DNA of 64,000 bases. Source: the human T2T-CHM13v2.0 reference genome, Homo sapiens. The notes beneath the pieces are model-generated. The model saw only the letters and a list, made by a program, of their open reading frames with translations. It was not told where the DNA came from and searched no databases. Both the position numbers and the translations under genes were made by a program. The stretch lies in the NCBI RefSeq assembly GCF_009914755.1, contig NC_060926.1. One strand, given 5' to 3'. Within the stretch, counting starts at the first letter, position 1; every line of letters starts with the position of its first letter. Positions 28,326 through 43,843 of the stretch are shown piece after piece.

Positions 28326-29442
28326 TTTGTGTTACACATTTCCGTTGCTTTGAGATATTCTTTTATTTAAAAAAACAAAACCCCCAAAAACAGATCCAGG
28401 CTTCTAAAGTGAGCCAGTGCAAAAGGGATGGGTTTTTATGAAAATCCTTCCTTGCTGGAGGTCTTCCTTTACCATTTATCACCAAGGAGTACTTGTAATG
28501 ACTTAACCTTCAGTCTGGGAGTGCCATGAAAATATACATTCATACTGACCATATCACTCAAGGGGGAGGAGGAAGAGTATTAGTTAAAAATACTAAACAA
28601 AAGTAAGGAGCTTAGGTCAAATCCTAAAGGTACATTAAATTACTCATTGTATAAGAATCATATATCAACGGAAGGGGCACAGAGCATAAATAAGGTGATA
28701 TGGTTTGGCTCTGTATCCCCATACAAATCTCATATCAAATTATAATTTCCAGTTTTGGACAAAGGGGCTGGTGTGAGGTAACTGGAGGATGGGAGTGATT
28801 TCTAATGGTTGAGCACCATCCCCCTAGTGCTGTCTTGTGATAGAGTTCTCACAAGATCTGGTTGTTTAAAAGTGTGTAGCACCTCCTGCCTCCTCTTTCT
28901 CTCTCTCCTGCCAGCCATGTGAAAACCATGCCTGCTTCCCCTCAGCCTTCCGTCATGATTGTAAGTTTCCTGAGGCCTCCCCAGCCATGCTGCGTGTACA
29001 GCCTGTGGAACTGTGACTCAATTAAACCTCTTTTCTTCATATATCACCCAGTCTTGGGTATGTCTTTATAGAGGTTTGAGAATGGACTAATACAGAAAAT
29101 TGGTACAGAGAGTGGAGTATTGCTATAAAGATACCTAAAAATGTGGAATTGACTTTTGAACTGGGTAACGGACAGAGGTTGGAACAGTTTGGAGGGCTCA
29201 GAAAAAGGAAGATGAAGGAAAGTTTGGAACCTCTTAGAGACTTGTTGAATGGTTATGACCCGAGTGCTGATAGTGATATGGACAGTGAAGGCCAGGCTGA
29301 TGAGGTATCAGATGGAGATGAGAAACTTGTTGGGAACTGGAGCAAAGATCACTCTTGCTGTGCTTTAGCAAAGAGACTGGAAGCCTTGTGACCCTGCTGT
29401 AGGGATCTGTTGAACTTTGAATTTGAGATAGACGATTTAGGG

Positions 29443-29659
29443 CAAGCTTATCCAACTTGTGGCCTGTAGGCAGCATGTGGCCCAGGACAGCTTTGAATAC
29501 TGCCCAAAACAAATTTGTAAACTTTCATAAACATTATGAGACTTATGCATGGACTCTTTTTTAGCTCATCAGTTGTTGTTAGTGTTGCTGTATTTTGGCC
29601 CAAGACAATTCTTCTATTTCCAGTGTGGCCCAGGGAAGCCGAAAGATTGAACACCCCTG
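29443..29659. mobile_element. MER30 (hAT-Charlie) nested in the MST internal region
   Basis: Exact 8-bp TSD atttaggg (29435-29442 / 29660-29667); ggcccaagacaattcttc..ggcccagggaagcc.aaagattg.acacccctg. Confidence 0.88.
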
Positions 29660-29660
29660 A

Positions 29661-30001
<341 letters not shown>

Positions 30002-31952
30002 TGGTGGAGGAAATTTCTAAGCATCAAAGCTTTCAAGATGTAGCCTGGCTGCTTCCAAAAGCCTATGCTCATCTGTATAAACAAAGAAATGACCTGAAAC
30101 TACAACTTACACTTAAAAGGGAAGTGGAACATAAAAGTTTGGGAAATTTGTAGACTGGCCATATGGTAAAAAAGAAAATCCCATTTTCTGGTGAGGAATT
30201 AAAGTCAGCTGCAGAAATTTGCATAAGTAAAGGGGAGTTGAATGTTAATAGCCCAAACAATGGGGAAAATGCACCCAAGGTATTTCAGACACCTTTGCAG
30301 CAGAGGCCTAGAAGGGAAAAATGGCCCACAGGGCCCTGCTGCTCTGTGCAGCCTTGAGACGTAGCACCCTGTGTTCCAGCTGCTCCAGCTCCATCTGTAG
30401 TTAAAAGGGGCCAAGGTACAGCTCAGGCCACTGCTCCAGAGTGTGTAAGCCAGAAACCACCAAGGCTTCCATGTGCTGCTGAGGGCAAGAGTTGAGGTTT
30501 GGGAGCCTCCATCTAGATTTCAGAGGATGTATGGAAATGCCTGTATGTCCCAGCTGGAGTCTGCTGCAGGGGTGAAGCCCTCCTGGAGAACCTCTACTAG
30601 GGCAGTGTGGAATTAAAATGTGGGGTTGGACACCCCACACAGAGTTCCCACTGGGGCACAGTGGAACTGTGAGAAGAGGGCTGCTATCCACCAGAGCCCA
30701 GAATGGTAAATCCACCTACGGCTTGCACCATGTGCCTTGAAAAGCTGCAGACACTCAATGCCTGCCTTTGAGAGCAGCCTTGAGAGCTAAGCCCTGCAGA
30801 GCTAAAGGGGTAAAGCTGCCCAAGGCCGTAGGAGCCTGCCCCTTGCATCACTGTGGCCTGGATGTACAACATGGAGTCAAAGGATGTTAGTTTGGCACTT
30901 TAAGATTAAATGACTCCACAGCCAGGTTTTGGATTTGCATGGGGCTTGTGGCCCCTTTTTTTTGTCAATTTACCCCTTTTTGAATAAGAGCACATACCCA
31001 ATGCCTGTACCCCCATTGTATCTTGGAAGTAACTAATGTATTTTTCATTTTACAGGCTCATAGGCAAAAGGGACTTGCCTTATCTCAGATGAGGCTTTGG
31101 ACTGTGGACTTTTGAATTAATGCTGGAATGAGTTAAGACTTTGGGGGATTCTTAAGAAGGAATGATTGTATTTTGAATGTGAGAAGGACATAAGATTTGA
31201 GAGGGACTGGGGCAGAATGATATGGTTTGGCTCCATGTCCCCACCCAAATTTCATGTCAAATTTTAATTCCCAGTGTTGGAGAAGAGGCCTGGTGGGAGG
31301 TGATTCGATCATGGGAGTGGTTGCTAATGGTTTAGCACCATCACCCTAGTGCTGTCTTGTGAGAGAATTCTCACAAGATCTGGTTGCTTAAAAGTATGTA
31401 GCACCTTCCCCCTCCTCTTTTTCTCTCTCCTGCCGGCCATGTGAAGACCATGCCTGCTGCCCCTTTGCTTTCTGCCATGATTGTAAGTTTCTTGAGGCCT
31501 CCCCAGTCATGCTGCTTGTACAGCCTGTGGAACTGTGAGTCAGTTAAACCTCTTTTCTTCATAAATTACCCAATCTCTGGTATGTCTTTATAGCAGCATG
31601 AGAATGGACTAATACAGAAGGTTATTGGAGCAGATTTCCATTTTCTGTTTATCAACCCGGTATGAAGTCGCTCTCCATAAACTGACACCTCATAAAACAT
31701 CTCCAGATGCTGTGTATGCTGAGCTCTCTCCTCCAGGTGTGTTTAACTCCTTTACGTTATCTTGCTCTGTGTCTCATCCATTTTTTCACTTATGCTGTTT
31801 CATACCTCCCTGTCCCTGAAAGGCTGAGACCTCTGCCTGAAGGGCCCTGAGTCATCTCGTCTCTCCAGGTACTATTCAGACATCACCTCCTCCATGAATC
31901 CTTCTCCTTCAGCTTGTATTAGTCAGCAGGTATTTACTGAAAGTTCGTTTTG

Positions 31953-32256
<304 letters not shown>

Positions 32257-32652
32257 AAGAAAGCTCACTTTGTGTAGGGTACTATGGTATGTTCTCTTGG
32301 GGAACACAAAGAGGTATGAGTCATGTTCCTGGCTTTGGAGTGCTGTCATCGAGAGGAGGAGCCCAAGACATATCCCGAGATATCTACCGGTGTAGGATTC
32401 ATCTAGAAGTAGAGAGGCATGCTGAGCCACAGCACGCTGTGAGCAAGAGTTGGCACATGAATCTGCATAATAATTTGGGAGAATGAGGGCACAGGGAAGG
32501 AGTTTACTGACAGCACCGCACAGTTTACTTGGGACATAGGGATTATCAGTGGCTTCAGTCCTGCATATCAGGCTGAAAAGTTTGGATATTTTCTATAGCC
32601 AGTGGTAAGATGTTAAATGTTGTTAAGCATAGAAGTAACAAAGTGAAATTCA

Positions 32653-33060
<408 letters not shown>

Positions 33061-35157
33061 TCTAAGCTTCTTGAGGGGTTAGTGGTTTGGGATTTCAATT
33101 TTTCACAAAATCCTCCCAAATATACATTGAATTATAGAAAACTGCTGACTTGATGAAGTAACGATAACAATAACTGCTGACATTTGGTGAACATCTATTA
33201 TGTACCACACACTGTTCTAACAGTACTACTCTTAGGCCTAGGCACCCCTGTGGGGCAAAGCATGTGTGGGGCAAGCGGCCGTGCCCTATCAGAGCCTGCA
33301 CAAACCCTCCTCAAATCCAGCACCACCCCTGCCTTCTTGCCCATCCTCCAGACCTTGCTACTCTCTCCCCAAATGACCCTAAGCCACTTTCAGTTCCAGC
33401 ATGGCCCTCTTCCCTAGGGTCCTGCTTCTGAGGCTGACAGTATCCAAGGGGAGGCTGTTTGCTAAGTGGTGATGAGGGGCAGGGAGAAGAAGGGCAACAA
33501 GCAGTGGAGAGGGTGGCTCATTCGTAATCTTCCCTTGAGCCCCCAAATATATTAGGAGCAGGTCATGTGCTATGTGCTTGAGTTATCTGATTCAATCCTT
33601 TATAAAATCCTGCCAGGTTTCTACATTATACTGAGAAGCAATAGGGCAAAGAGGTTAGGGAGACAGTGTAAGGAGACACAGCATGTAAATAGTGAAAGGC
33701 AGGATGCAAGTCTAGATCTATTTCACATTGTATATTTCAGGACCACCGTGTAGCATTTCATTCACATCGTTGTCAGGTGAATGTGCTTTCTAGAGTTGGG
33801 GACTGTGCAGAGAGCACGGCTGCACCAGGTAACTACGGCTATTAAAAGAAACAATGACTCATTCACAACATCCGACTCATTCACTGTGCTTAGCCTCATT
33901 TCTCACCTGCGATCCTGACCCTTTCCCCCTTTTGGGTCTGTCTAGAACCAGCAGCACAGGCTCCCAAATTTATAGCATCTTTGGTCTGCAGGTCTCCATT
34001 GCATATGTATGTGCTTGAGAATCCATGTGTCTTTCAATCATGAGGTTTAAAATGGGTATGCTTATTTCTAGGGAAATGGCAGGAATGCCTCTCCAGGTGG
34101 GAGGGCATGACATTTCTGCCACGCGCCACCTCAGCCCCTCCTTACCTCCCCCACAAAGGAGTATTTTAATAGAAGGTTAATGGAGGGCACACAGAACAAA
34201 AAGAAAACCCTGTCATCGTTATTCCATGTTTTACTGTAATAGAGGTCAGCTCTCCCACATTCTTTCTAGTATCCATCTTCAAAATGAATTGTTTAGCCTA
34301 TGAAAACAAAACTAGTTTATTTATGATGACAGAGAAGCTGTAAATGTGCTCCTGATCTGTGCATTGACTAATTAGATTAATTAAGCCTGCATGCATTTCA
34401 GAACAGGCAGGCAGGTGGTAAAAAACATTTGAGATGATTTATATGATATATTCCATCAAGCTTACACTTGATAAATAATATCACATTCATTCCATTAAGA
34501 TATCGAAGTGGAAGAAGAAAACAGTGCATTTTTGGCTCCGTGCTCCTACCAAAAGAGCAACTGTTGAGGTTAAAACACTAGGCATAATTTACTCTCCTCG
34601 AAACAGTGAAGGAAAAAAAACCACACAAGCCAAATCTCAAACTCAAGTTTGTCTCAGTAGTTGCTTGTATGCAGAAGTGGTTTTTTGTTGCTGCAGTGGA
34701 ATTGAATTTTAGGAATAGAGATGAGATTTGAATGTTAATTAAGTCATTGCAGCTTGCTACCAGATTTTGCTAGAAGCTCCCATACCATGGTTCTTTACTC
34801 ATCAACCTGCTTTCTGTAGCTACTCTGGTAAATGAGGGTAAAACTGGCTGACTACAAGGTCCTTCTTTCTATGATCTTCAAATTTCAACATACCTAAGAA
34901 TCACCAGAAATGTACAAGTGCAGATTCCTGGGCCTTTTCCCCAGTAGACCTGGATGAAGCCCCATAGTCTATTTTGTTTTGTTTTTTATTTCTGTTTCTC
35001 TTTTTTTTTTTTAAAAAAAAATCAACATTTAGGATATCAATATTACTCTATACCAATAAGCTCACACACCAAGAACTGAATCCCTGATTTGATCTTTGGT
35101 TTTTCAAAATTCTCAAGTTTGTAAATATATTAGATTTGCTTCTTCTGTTAGAGTAAT

Positions 35158-35334
35158 CAGTGTTTTTCAAAGTTTGGTCAAAGGACCACTGCATTAGAAT
35201 TTCCTATGGGACAGTGTAAAAATTCAGATTCCTGGGTTTCACTTGAAACCTACTGTATCCAAAATTATACAGGAGAATATATATTTTAACAAACTATTAA
35301 TTCTTATGCATACTAAAATTTAAAGACCACTGCT
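35158..35334. mobile_element. MER5-like
   Basis: cagtgtttttcaaagt.tggtc..cagattcctggg..tactaaaatttaaagaccactg. Confidence 0.7.
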
Positions 35335-36779
35335 TTGGAGCAAGTAATATTTGATATAGGTGTAACAGTAAATGGAAGAGTCTCTTTTGTATCCTCCCTG
35401 CAGTCATAGTTTTGCCTAGAAGGCAAAGATGTATTATGTCTAACCCTGCCTAGCTCAGTAATCTCTTAAAGAATGAATTTAGGCCAAGATTGAAGATAGG
35501 GCTGGAATGGTCTTCCCTCCAGACCACTTTGGCCTCCAACTCCTTTTGGTTTATTTTCTAACGAACTCTGAAAAGTTGCTACCATCTTGTTGAGGGCTGC
35601 TCTCAAGTTGCCTCCAGGACATCAGGAAATAAATAATTAAGGGGCAGTCCCCTGAGCTACTGCTGCTGTGGTGTAGCGGTGGGACATGCCGGTGACGTTG
35701 CAATGACTGATGGCAGAAATTGATGTGCCAGACAGACCCTAATCAAATCCTGACACCCTCCCAAGCCCAGGAAGAGATGATAACCTTTTCTATTTCAGCA
35801 AAAAGGTAGGCCAAGAGGCAGAAGAGAAGTCTTCAGGATAGAGAATGACAGAGCAGTGCAGCAGCCAGGTAACCGAGGAAAAGGGGAGCCTGCATGCTAC
35901 AGCGCATATCACCCAAAGCAAAGGCTCTACCAGAATCACTGGACAGCATATGTATTTAAGCTTTGCACAATCATGTAGCCAGAGATAGAGAATAATCTGA
36001 TAATCGTAACGAGAATTCTAATTATAAGATGTTATCATTTCATCCCAGACTGCATCAGGCAAGGGTGAGCTCGATGGGAAAAGAGACCCTTGAAACATGA
36101 GGGGAGAGAACTTTGTAAACGACCAGAACAGACGCCTCTCCCTTATCATACTGGATAAATTATCACTCATTTCACCGTGAGAAAGAAGTAGAAATTGATT
36201 TGAGAGACTCCTCAATATCCTTCATAATCCCGGCAGTAATTTCTTTTGCTCATTACTATTAATATATATTGTTTTCTCCTTCCCTAGTGGAGATTCAGGT
36301 CATTTGCAATAAACCCTGCAGTTATCTTCAACATGTTCCCAAAGAAAGAAACTCCAGGTATCAATGCATATAGGAATCTTAGATGAGTAAACACTCCTTG
36401 ATATATACAGAAAAGATTCTAGTTCACAGAGTGGGCAAAACCTTGTATACAGCGTTCTGCTGGAGCATCTTTCTGAATGGGTGAGCTACATCTTTGCACA
36501 GTGAAAGGGACAATATCATTCAACTCTGTAAAAATATATTGTAGCACATTTGAAATGCCTTACTTCATAAAGCATTGCTGTTAAGATGTTCTTTGTCAAG
36601 CTATAATTTCAAGATTATACACAGTTAAGCAGTTTTCCTTTAGAAACAAGTGTCTTGTGGGAACCCAGCTCTTGAGCGGTCTGCCCATCTGTAGCTTCAT
36701 CCTAACAGTGGCTTGCTGTATCCTGGACCTGTCTGGCAGTAGAGAGAGGAAAACTGAATCAGCAATAAGCTTGGACAGG

Positions 36780-36780
<1 letters not shown>

Positions 36781-36826
<46 letters not shown>
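36781..36826. repeat. (TG)n microsatellite
   Basis: About 23 TG units. Confidence 0.98.
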
Positions 36827-36830
<4 letters not shown>

Positions 36831-37179
36831 GCACATGATTTTGTCCTATCCTTTCAATTGCTAACCTTAATTAGGCTTCTATATCCTTATGACTGTTACA
36901 TATGTTTTAGGTTTCATTTTATGCTTTGCCAGTTTTTAAAAAGGCTCTTAAATGTCTTACAATAAAAGACACACGAAAGGTTTGTTTATTAAACATAAAT
37001 AGAGAATGTCAACTGTACCTAAAGAAAGTGCATTGCTAATCCAAAGGGCACTCATTTTTACTGCAATTGAGCATTAAATTTTACTATAAACTTCCTAAAA
37101 GCCAGGGCAAACATGGAGATAATAGTATTACAGAATCCCTATTATTAAGAGAAAAAAAATCTACCAATTCTGTAAGGCA

Positions 37180-37865
37180 TAAAAGTATAAATTCACCTAT
37201 TTAAAGTATGCATTTGACAAAAGTTTATATTATCACCATTATCACAGTCCATAGAATATTCCATCATCCCAAAAAGTCCCCTCAGTCCTCTTTACTATCA
37301 ATCCCCTCCCCTATTCCTGGGCCCTGGGAACTGCTCTGCTTCCATTCACTACATTTTTCCATTTTCTATAATTTCACGTATAGGAAATCATACAATATGT
37401 AGTTTTTCATGTCTGGTTTATTTCACTGAATATGATGCTTCTGAGATTCAGCCATGCTGTTTTATATATCAGCAGTTTGTTCCTTTTTATTGCTGAGTAG
37501 TATTTCATTGTAGATGTGAATCAAAATTTATTTATCCATTAATTGTTTTTTTTTTCAAGTTTTGGCTGTTATCAATGAAGCCTTGAAGAATTTCCATGTG
37601 CAAATATTTGTGTGGAGACATGTTTTCATTTCTCTTGGGTAAATGTCTAGGAATTGTTCCACATCCTTGTTAGGCTTAATATCGTTGGGTTTTTTGGTTT
37701 TAGCTGGTCTAGTGATTGTGTAATGGTATCTCTTTGTGGCTTTAATTCATATTTTCCTAATGACTGATGATACTGAGCATTTTTTCATATGCTTATTTGC
37801 CATTCACATATTTTTGGTAAGTGCTCAAATTTTTGCACCCTTTTTATCAAGTCGTTTGCCTTATT
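37180..37865 (-). mobile_element. Old L1M 3' fragment
   Basis: ggaaatcatacaatatgt..tgagattcagccatg..ttattgctgagtagtatttcattgt..tttcctaatgact.atgat.ctgagcatttttt. Confidence 0.8.
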
Positions 37866-39060
37866 TACAGTGATATTGGCTTTCCTTCAATAGAATCTTG
37901 TTCATCAATAGAAATGAGTCTGGACTGAAAATTCATTTTCAAACTTAAACATAAGCTAGATGGTATAGGAGTAAGATGTCAAAAAGGGAATAACATATTT
38001 TAAAATTCGAACTAAAATAAGAACAAATAACCCAACAAACCATAAATGTTCTTAGCTGTCTCAGGACAAAAAAATAAAAGACAGGGTAGACTATAAACCG
38101 CATCTGAGTTCAGAGTCAGGACTGACAATAAGGTTTCCCATTTGGGGCTCCATGGATCCCCAGATTAAAAAAACTAATTCAACGGGCAGACTAAGATCTT
38201 ATCAGGGACCTGAGGGTATGTGGTTACTTACAGAGCACCTAAAAGCAGACACAGAAGGCTGAAATTGGCATTTCCATGCCAGTTTTCCCAGGTGCCAATC
38301 CTTGTGTCCTCTGGTGGCCACCTCTTATCTTTGCATGATTCTTCCTCAATAGGTGAAGGAAGCAACCTCCAGCCAACAATCTCCTGAGAGGGCTGTCAGA
38401 AAGTCACCAGCCAAGACAGAGCTGACACCTGGTGTGCAGCGTGTGCTCCACGGATGCTGCCTTTACATTTGTACTGGGTACATTTCTTATATTTTGAGGA
38501 TTGAGAGGCAGCTTCAGGACCCTGGAATGTCCAAACTGTGTTATCAGAAGGCATTTCTGAGTCACCATCCAGTGGGAAAAAGATCTCAAAAAGGGACCAA
38601 GAATAACAAAGGTAAATGTAATCTATATCTGTATTTGTTTTAACATGCTATCCAGGAGTGCAGGAGTCAGAAAAATCATTTTAAAATGGTATTCCTGTTT
38701 CTCTTGAGAGATTTGCTTGAATTCACCTTTGAGGACAAATTGTACTTTTGTTTCAGGAAAGCTATCTTGCTGGGCTCCTTGGATTATTTCAAGTTAAAGT
38801 TGAGAAAGGAGTAAATTGACCGTTTCAAAATGGAGCAGGGGCAGGGCCCAAGGACAAAACACCACCATCATGGTCCCATGGGAAGTTTTCATCTGTGGAT
38901 TCCAATCACACAGTAATCAGTTCAACCTTTATGAATTTATTTTCCTATGTCATCCCCTTCTATTATCTCTCCATTTCAGACTATGCCTATGGAATAAAAA
39001 AGAACAATGCTAGAACTAAAAAAATCTAAATAAAGTATGGACTTCAATTAGCAATAATGA

Positions 39061-39373
<313 letters not shown>

Positions 39374-40399
39374 AATATTGATTTTGTAATTATGCACACA
39401 TAACATACCATCTTAGAAATTTTTCTGTAAATCCAAAGCTGTTCTAAAAACATATTTTTTTTCCAAAAAAGGAATAATGCTTTCATGAAGACACATCTGT
39501 GAACCCTGGGTTAGACAAACTTCACTGGTTTTTCCATTTTTCTTAGCTCTGGTTATGTTTACCTTCACATGTTTGAGAACAAATAGAAACAGTGGGATGA
39601 GGAATTGCTGTTGCATGCTGCTTTGCAGGGATGCAGCTTGGTGAGAAGAAGGTGGGGGAGCGGCGTGATGCCTGCCAAAGGCTGCATATAATTTATGATG
39701 ATTTCCTTGTTTACTTTTCAAAGCAATTGACTTGCCTATAAAGGAGCCAAAAATTATGTAGTTTCTGTCTCCTATTAGCTTATTAATTCCTTGTAGGTAT
39801 AAGTCAGGCCTTCTCATTCTTTTGTGTAGCACATAGTACCCTGTATTCAGTAGGTCCTGTGTGAATAGCTGTGATTTGAATGAATGTTATAAACAGAGGC
39901 ATTGATGGCCATAGAACAGTCCATACATCTAATATGAGAAAATATATAAGAGCCCATTTAGATTCTTATCAGTTAAATATAACAAATGCTTGCTACATCT
40001 TTTAAAATTAACTGCCATTAAAATTACTAAGACAATTAACTCTACATTATGAATTCATCTTATTGAAAGAACTTCTCCACCCAGAAAAAATAGAAAGTTT
40101 TCAGTTCAACAAGCGAAAACCATATTTTGAAAGATTAATTTCCATCTTTTTGACATCCTTGTCACTCAAAGCTAGAAAACTTGATTTAGGGGTGTCAAAC
40201 TCTGTCTCTTAGAACAAATTTCAAGCTGTGGATGTCTACGCAAAATTTCAGTGGTAATGTTTTCCTGGCCAAGTTGTTGCGGCCTTCGAAATAGAATTTG
40301 CAGCAGAGACTCTGGCAGGTTCTAAATGTAGCAGATTGAATATTGATATAATGTCAAAAGAGTTCCATAATTAAAGGTTTTTCTTTATAGCATTTCCCT

Positions 40400-40562
40400 T
40401 CATCCAATCATTAATTCAACAAATATTTGTGGAGCACCACTTATTTGCCAGGCACTGCATTAGCAAGTCTTTTCTGTCTCCTGAATCAGATAAGTTAGTG
40501 AAATGAATGAATGAGCAAATGAATGAATAAATGAATGAATGAATGAATGAATGAATGAGTGA
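40400..40562. repeat. L2 3'-end remnants and (AATG)n
   Basis: ttcaacaaatatttg..gagcac..tgccaggcactg, followed by an (aatg)n array at 40501-40560. Confidence 0.65.
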
Positions 40563-40663
40563 CTAAGAAGATGCCTCCCATAACCACATTACTCCATGGC
40601 TTCCCAGACCATTCTGGTGCTGAATGTGAAGAGAAACATGGAAACATACAAAAAACTCCTGAC

Positions 40664-41053
<390 letters not shown>

Positions 41054-42000
41054 TCACAACCACCACTTTGGCCTCCACCACTTTCTTACCCCTCTTCACC
41101 CCTTCCAGATTCCAAGCCAGTAAGACAGTTGGAAAAGAGAAAGCTCTTTTATACAGGGAGCTAGGTATCTTCAGCTGAGCTCTTGCTTTTCTCTTCTCTC
41201 CTTCAGTCTCTACCTCCAAGCCTAAAAGAGCTTTCCCTTTTCCATCTGTCAAGAACTGCTCTTAAGTCATATTCATCTTTATGGGAGACCTGAAGCTCAG
41301 TTTCATGGTCAGGTCTCTGTTTTTTATTGTTGTTGCTGTTTGTTGGCTACTTTTAGCTTTACTTTATGAGGAACTTAGAACCCACAAAAACGAAATGAAA
41401 TAGTATAATAAACCTTCATGTACCCATCACTCACCCCCACACCCATCAACCAAGGGCCAATCCCACCCTATCCATCCACTTTCCCACCATTATATTATTT
41501 TGAAGAAAATCCACAGAATCATATATTTTTAGTTATACCCTGAACTTAATAACAGAAAGCTAGGTGAGAGAACCTCAGAAAGGGGGAGAAGAGTGAAAAG
41601 CAGTTAAAAATACTTTATTTACTTACAGTAGGATAATTTGAAGAAGTGAAAGGATTAACAAAAGCACTCAGCTTTGAGAGGAAAATGGGTGAAGACAGCC
41701 CCAGAAATGCAGGAACGATAATATTCTAAATCCTTTATTGTCATTTATGTCAACAATGTTCACAGCATCCTTACCAGGAGTAGATCCCAAATCAAAAAAC
41801 CACTTTCTTTGCTCATTCATAAGGAGAAACTCTTTATCCATTAAAGTTTTATCATGAAATTGCAGCAATTCAATCACATATTCAGGCTTCACTACTAATT
41901 CTAATTCTCTTGCTTTTCCACCACAGCTTCAGTGACTTTCTCCACTGAAGTCTTGAACCCCTCAAAGTTATCCATGAGAGTTAGAATCAACTTTTTTTCC

Positions 42001-42312
42001 TGCCAGGCATGATGGCTCACACCTGTAATCCCAGCACTTTGGGAGGCTGAGAAGTATGGATCGCTTGAGTTCAGGACATTGAGACCACTCTGGGCAAAAT
42101 GGCAAAACCCTGTCTCTACAAAAAATACAAAAATTAGCCGGGCATGGGGGCAGGCACCTGTAGTCCAGATACTTGGGGGTCTGAGGTGGGTGGATCACTT
42201 GAGCCTGGGAAGTAGAGGCCACAGTGAGTGGAGATTGTGCCACTGTACTCCAGCTTGCACAATGGGAGTAGACCCTGTTTCAAAAAAAAAAAAAAAAACA
42301 CACAAACAAAAT
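42001..42312 (+). mobile_element. AluJ nested in Tigger1
   Basis: Alu consensus; agaatcaact duplicated on both sides. Confidence 0.92.
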
Positions 42313-43843
42313 AAGGAGAATCAACTATTTCAAAACTTCTGTCATTGTTGATCTCCTCCCATGAATCATGAATGTTCTTAGTATCATCTAGAATGGTGAA
42401 TCCTTTCTATGAGGTTTTCGATTTACTTTGTCCAGATCCGTCAAAGGAATCCCCACCTATGGCAGCTATAGCCTCACAAGATGTGTTTTTAAATAAGATG
42501 TTAAACTCGAAATGACTTCTTGACCCATGGGCTATGGAATGGATGTTGTGTTAGCAGGCTTGAAAACAGCATTAATCTCCTTGTACATCTTCATCAAACC
42601 TCTTGGGTAACCAGGTACATTGTCCATCAGCAGTAATATTTTGAAAGGAATCTTTTTTTCTTAGAAGTAGGTCTCAAAAATCAGCTTAAAATATTCAGAA
42701 AGCCATACTGTAAATAGATGTGCTGTTATCTAGGCTTTGTTGTCCCATTTATAGAGCACAGACAGAATATGTTAAGTGTAATTTTTAGGAGCCTAGGATT
42801 TTCAGAATGCTAAATAAGCATTACCCCCAACTTAAAGTCACCAGCTGCATTAGCCCCTAATGCTCATGGACAATGCGCCTGGTTACCTAAGAGCTCTGAT
42901 GGAGATATACAAAGAGATTAATGTTGTTTTCACATCTGCTAATATAACATCCATTCCACAGGCTAAGGGTCAAGAAAGTCAGCCTGTCCTTTGAATTTCA
43001 AAGCCAGGCATTGACTTCTCTCTAGCTATGAAAGTTCTAGATGACATCTTCTTATGATATAAAGCTGTTTTGTCTCCATTGAAAATCTATTGTTTGGTGT
43101 AACCATCTTCATTGATGATCTTAGCTAGATCTTCTGAATAACTTACTGCAGGTTCTACATCTGTGCTTTCAGCTTTACCTTGCACCTTTACGTTATGGAG
43201 ATGGCATCCTTACTTAAACCACATGAGCCAACTTCTGCTACCTTCCAACATTTTTTTGTGGCTTCTTCACCTCTCTTACTTTTGATAGATTTGAAGAGAC
43301 TTAAGGGATTGCTCTGGATTAGGCTTTACCTTAAGGAAATGTTTTGCCTGGTTTGATCTTCTAACCAGGCCACTAAAACTTTTGCCATGTCAACAATAAG
43401 GCTGTTTCACATTCTTACCATTCATGTATTTCCTGGAGTAGCACATTTATTTTCATTCAAGAGCTTTTTCTTTGCATTCCCAACTTAACTAACTGTTTGG
43501 CATAAGGGGCCTAGTTTTGGCCTATCTCACATTTTAACATGCCTTCCTCATTAAGCTTAGTTATTTCTAGCTTCTGATTTAAAGTGAGAGATATGTTACT
43601 CTTCCTTTCACTTGAACACTTAGAGGACATTGTAGGGTTATTAGCTAACCTAACTTCAATATTGTTGTGTCTCAGGGAATAGGAAGGCCTGAGGAACCTG
43701 AGACAGATGGAGGAACAGCCGGTGGGTGGAGCAGTCAGAACACACAACATACTTATACATTGAGTTTGCTATCTTACGTGGGCATGGCTCATTGTACCCC
43801 AAAACAATTAAAATAGGAACATCAAAGATCACTGATCATAGAT

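Noticed and set aside
43511-43750. TIGD1-like peptide as a real gene
   Set aside because: It belongs to a decayed Tigger1 copy broken by stops, an Alu and an inverted insert
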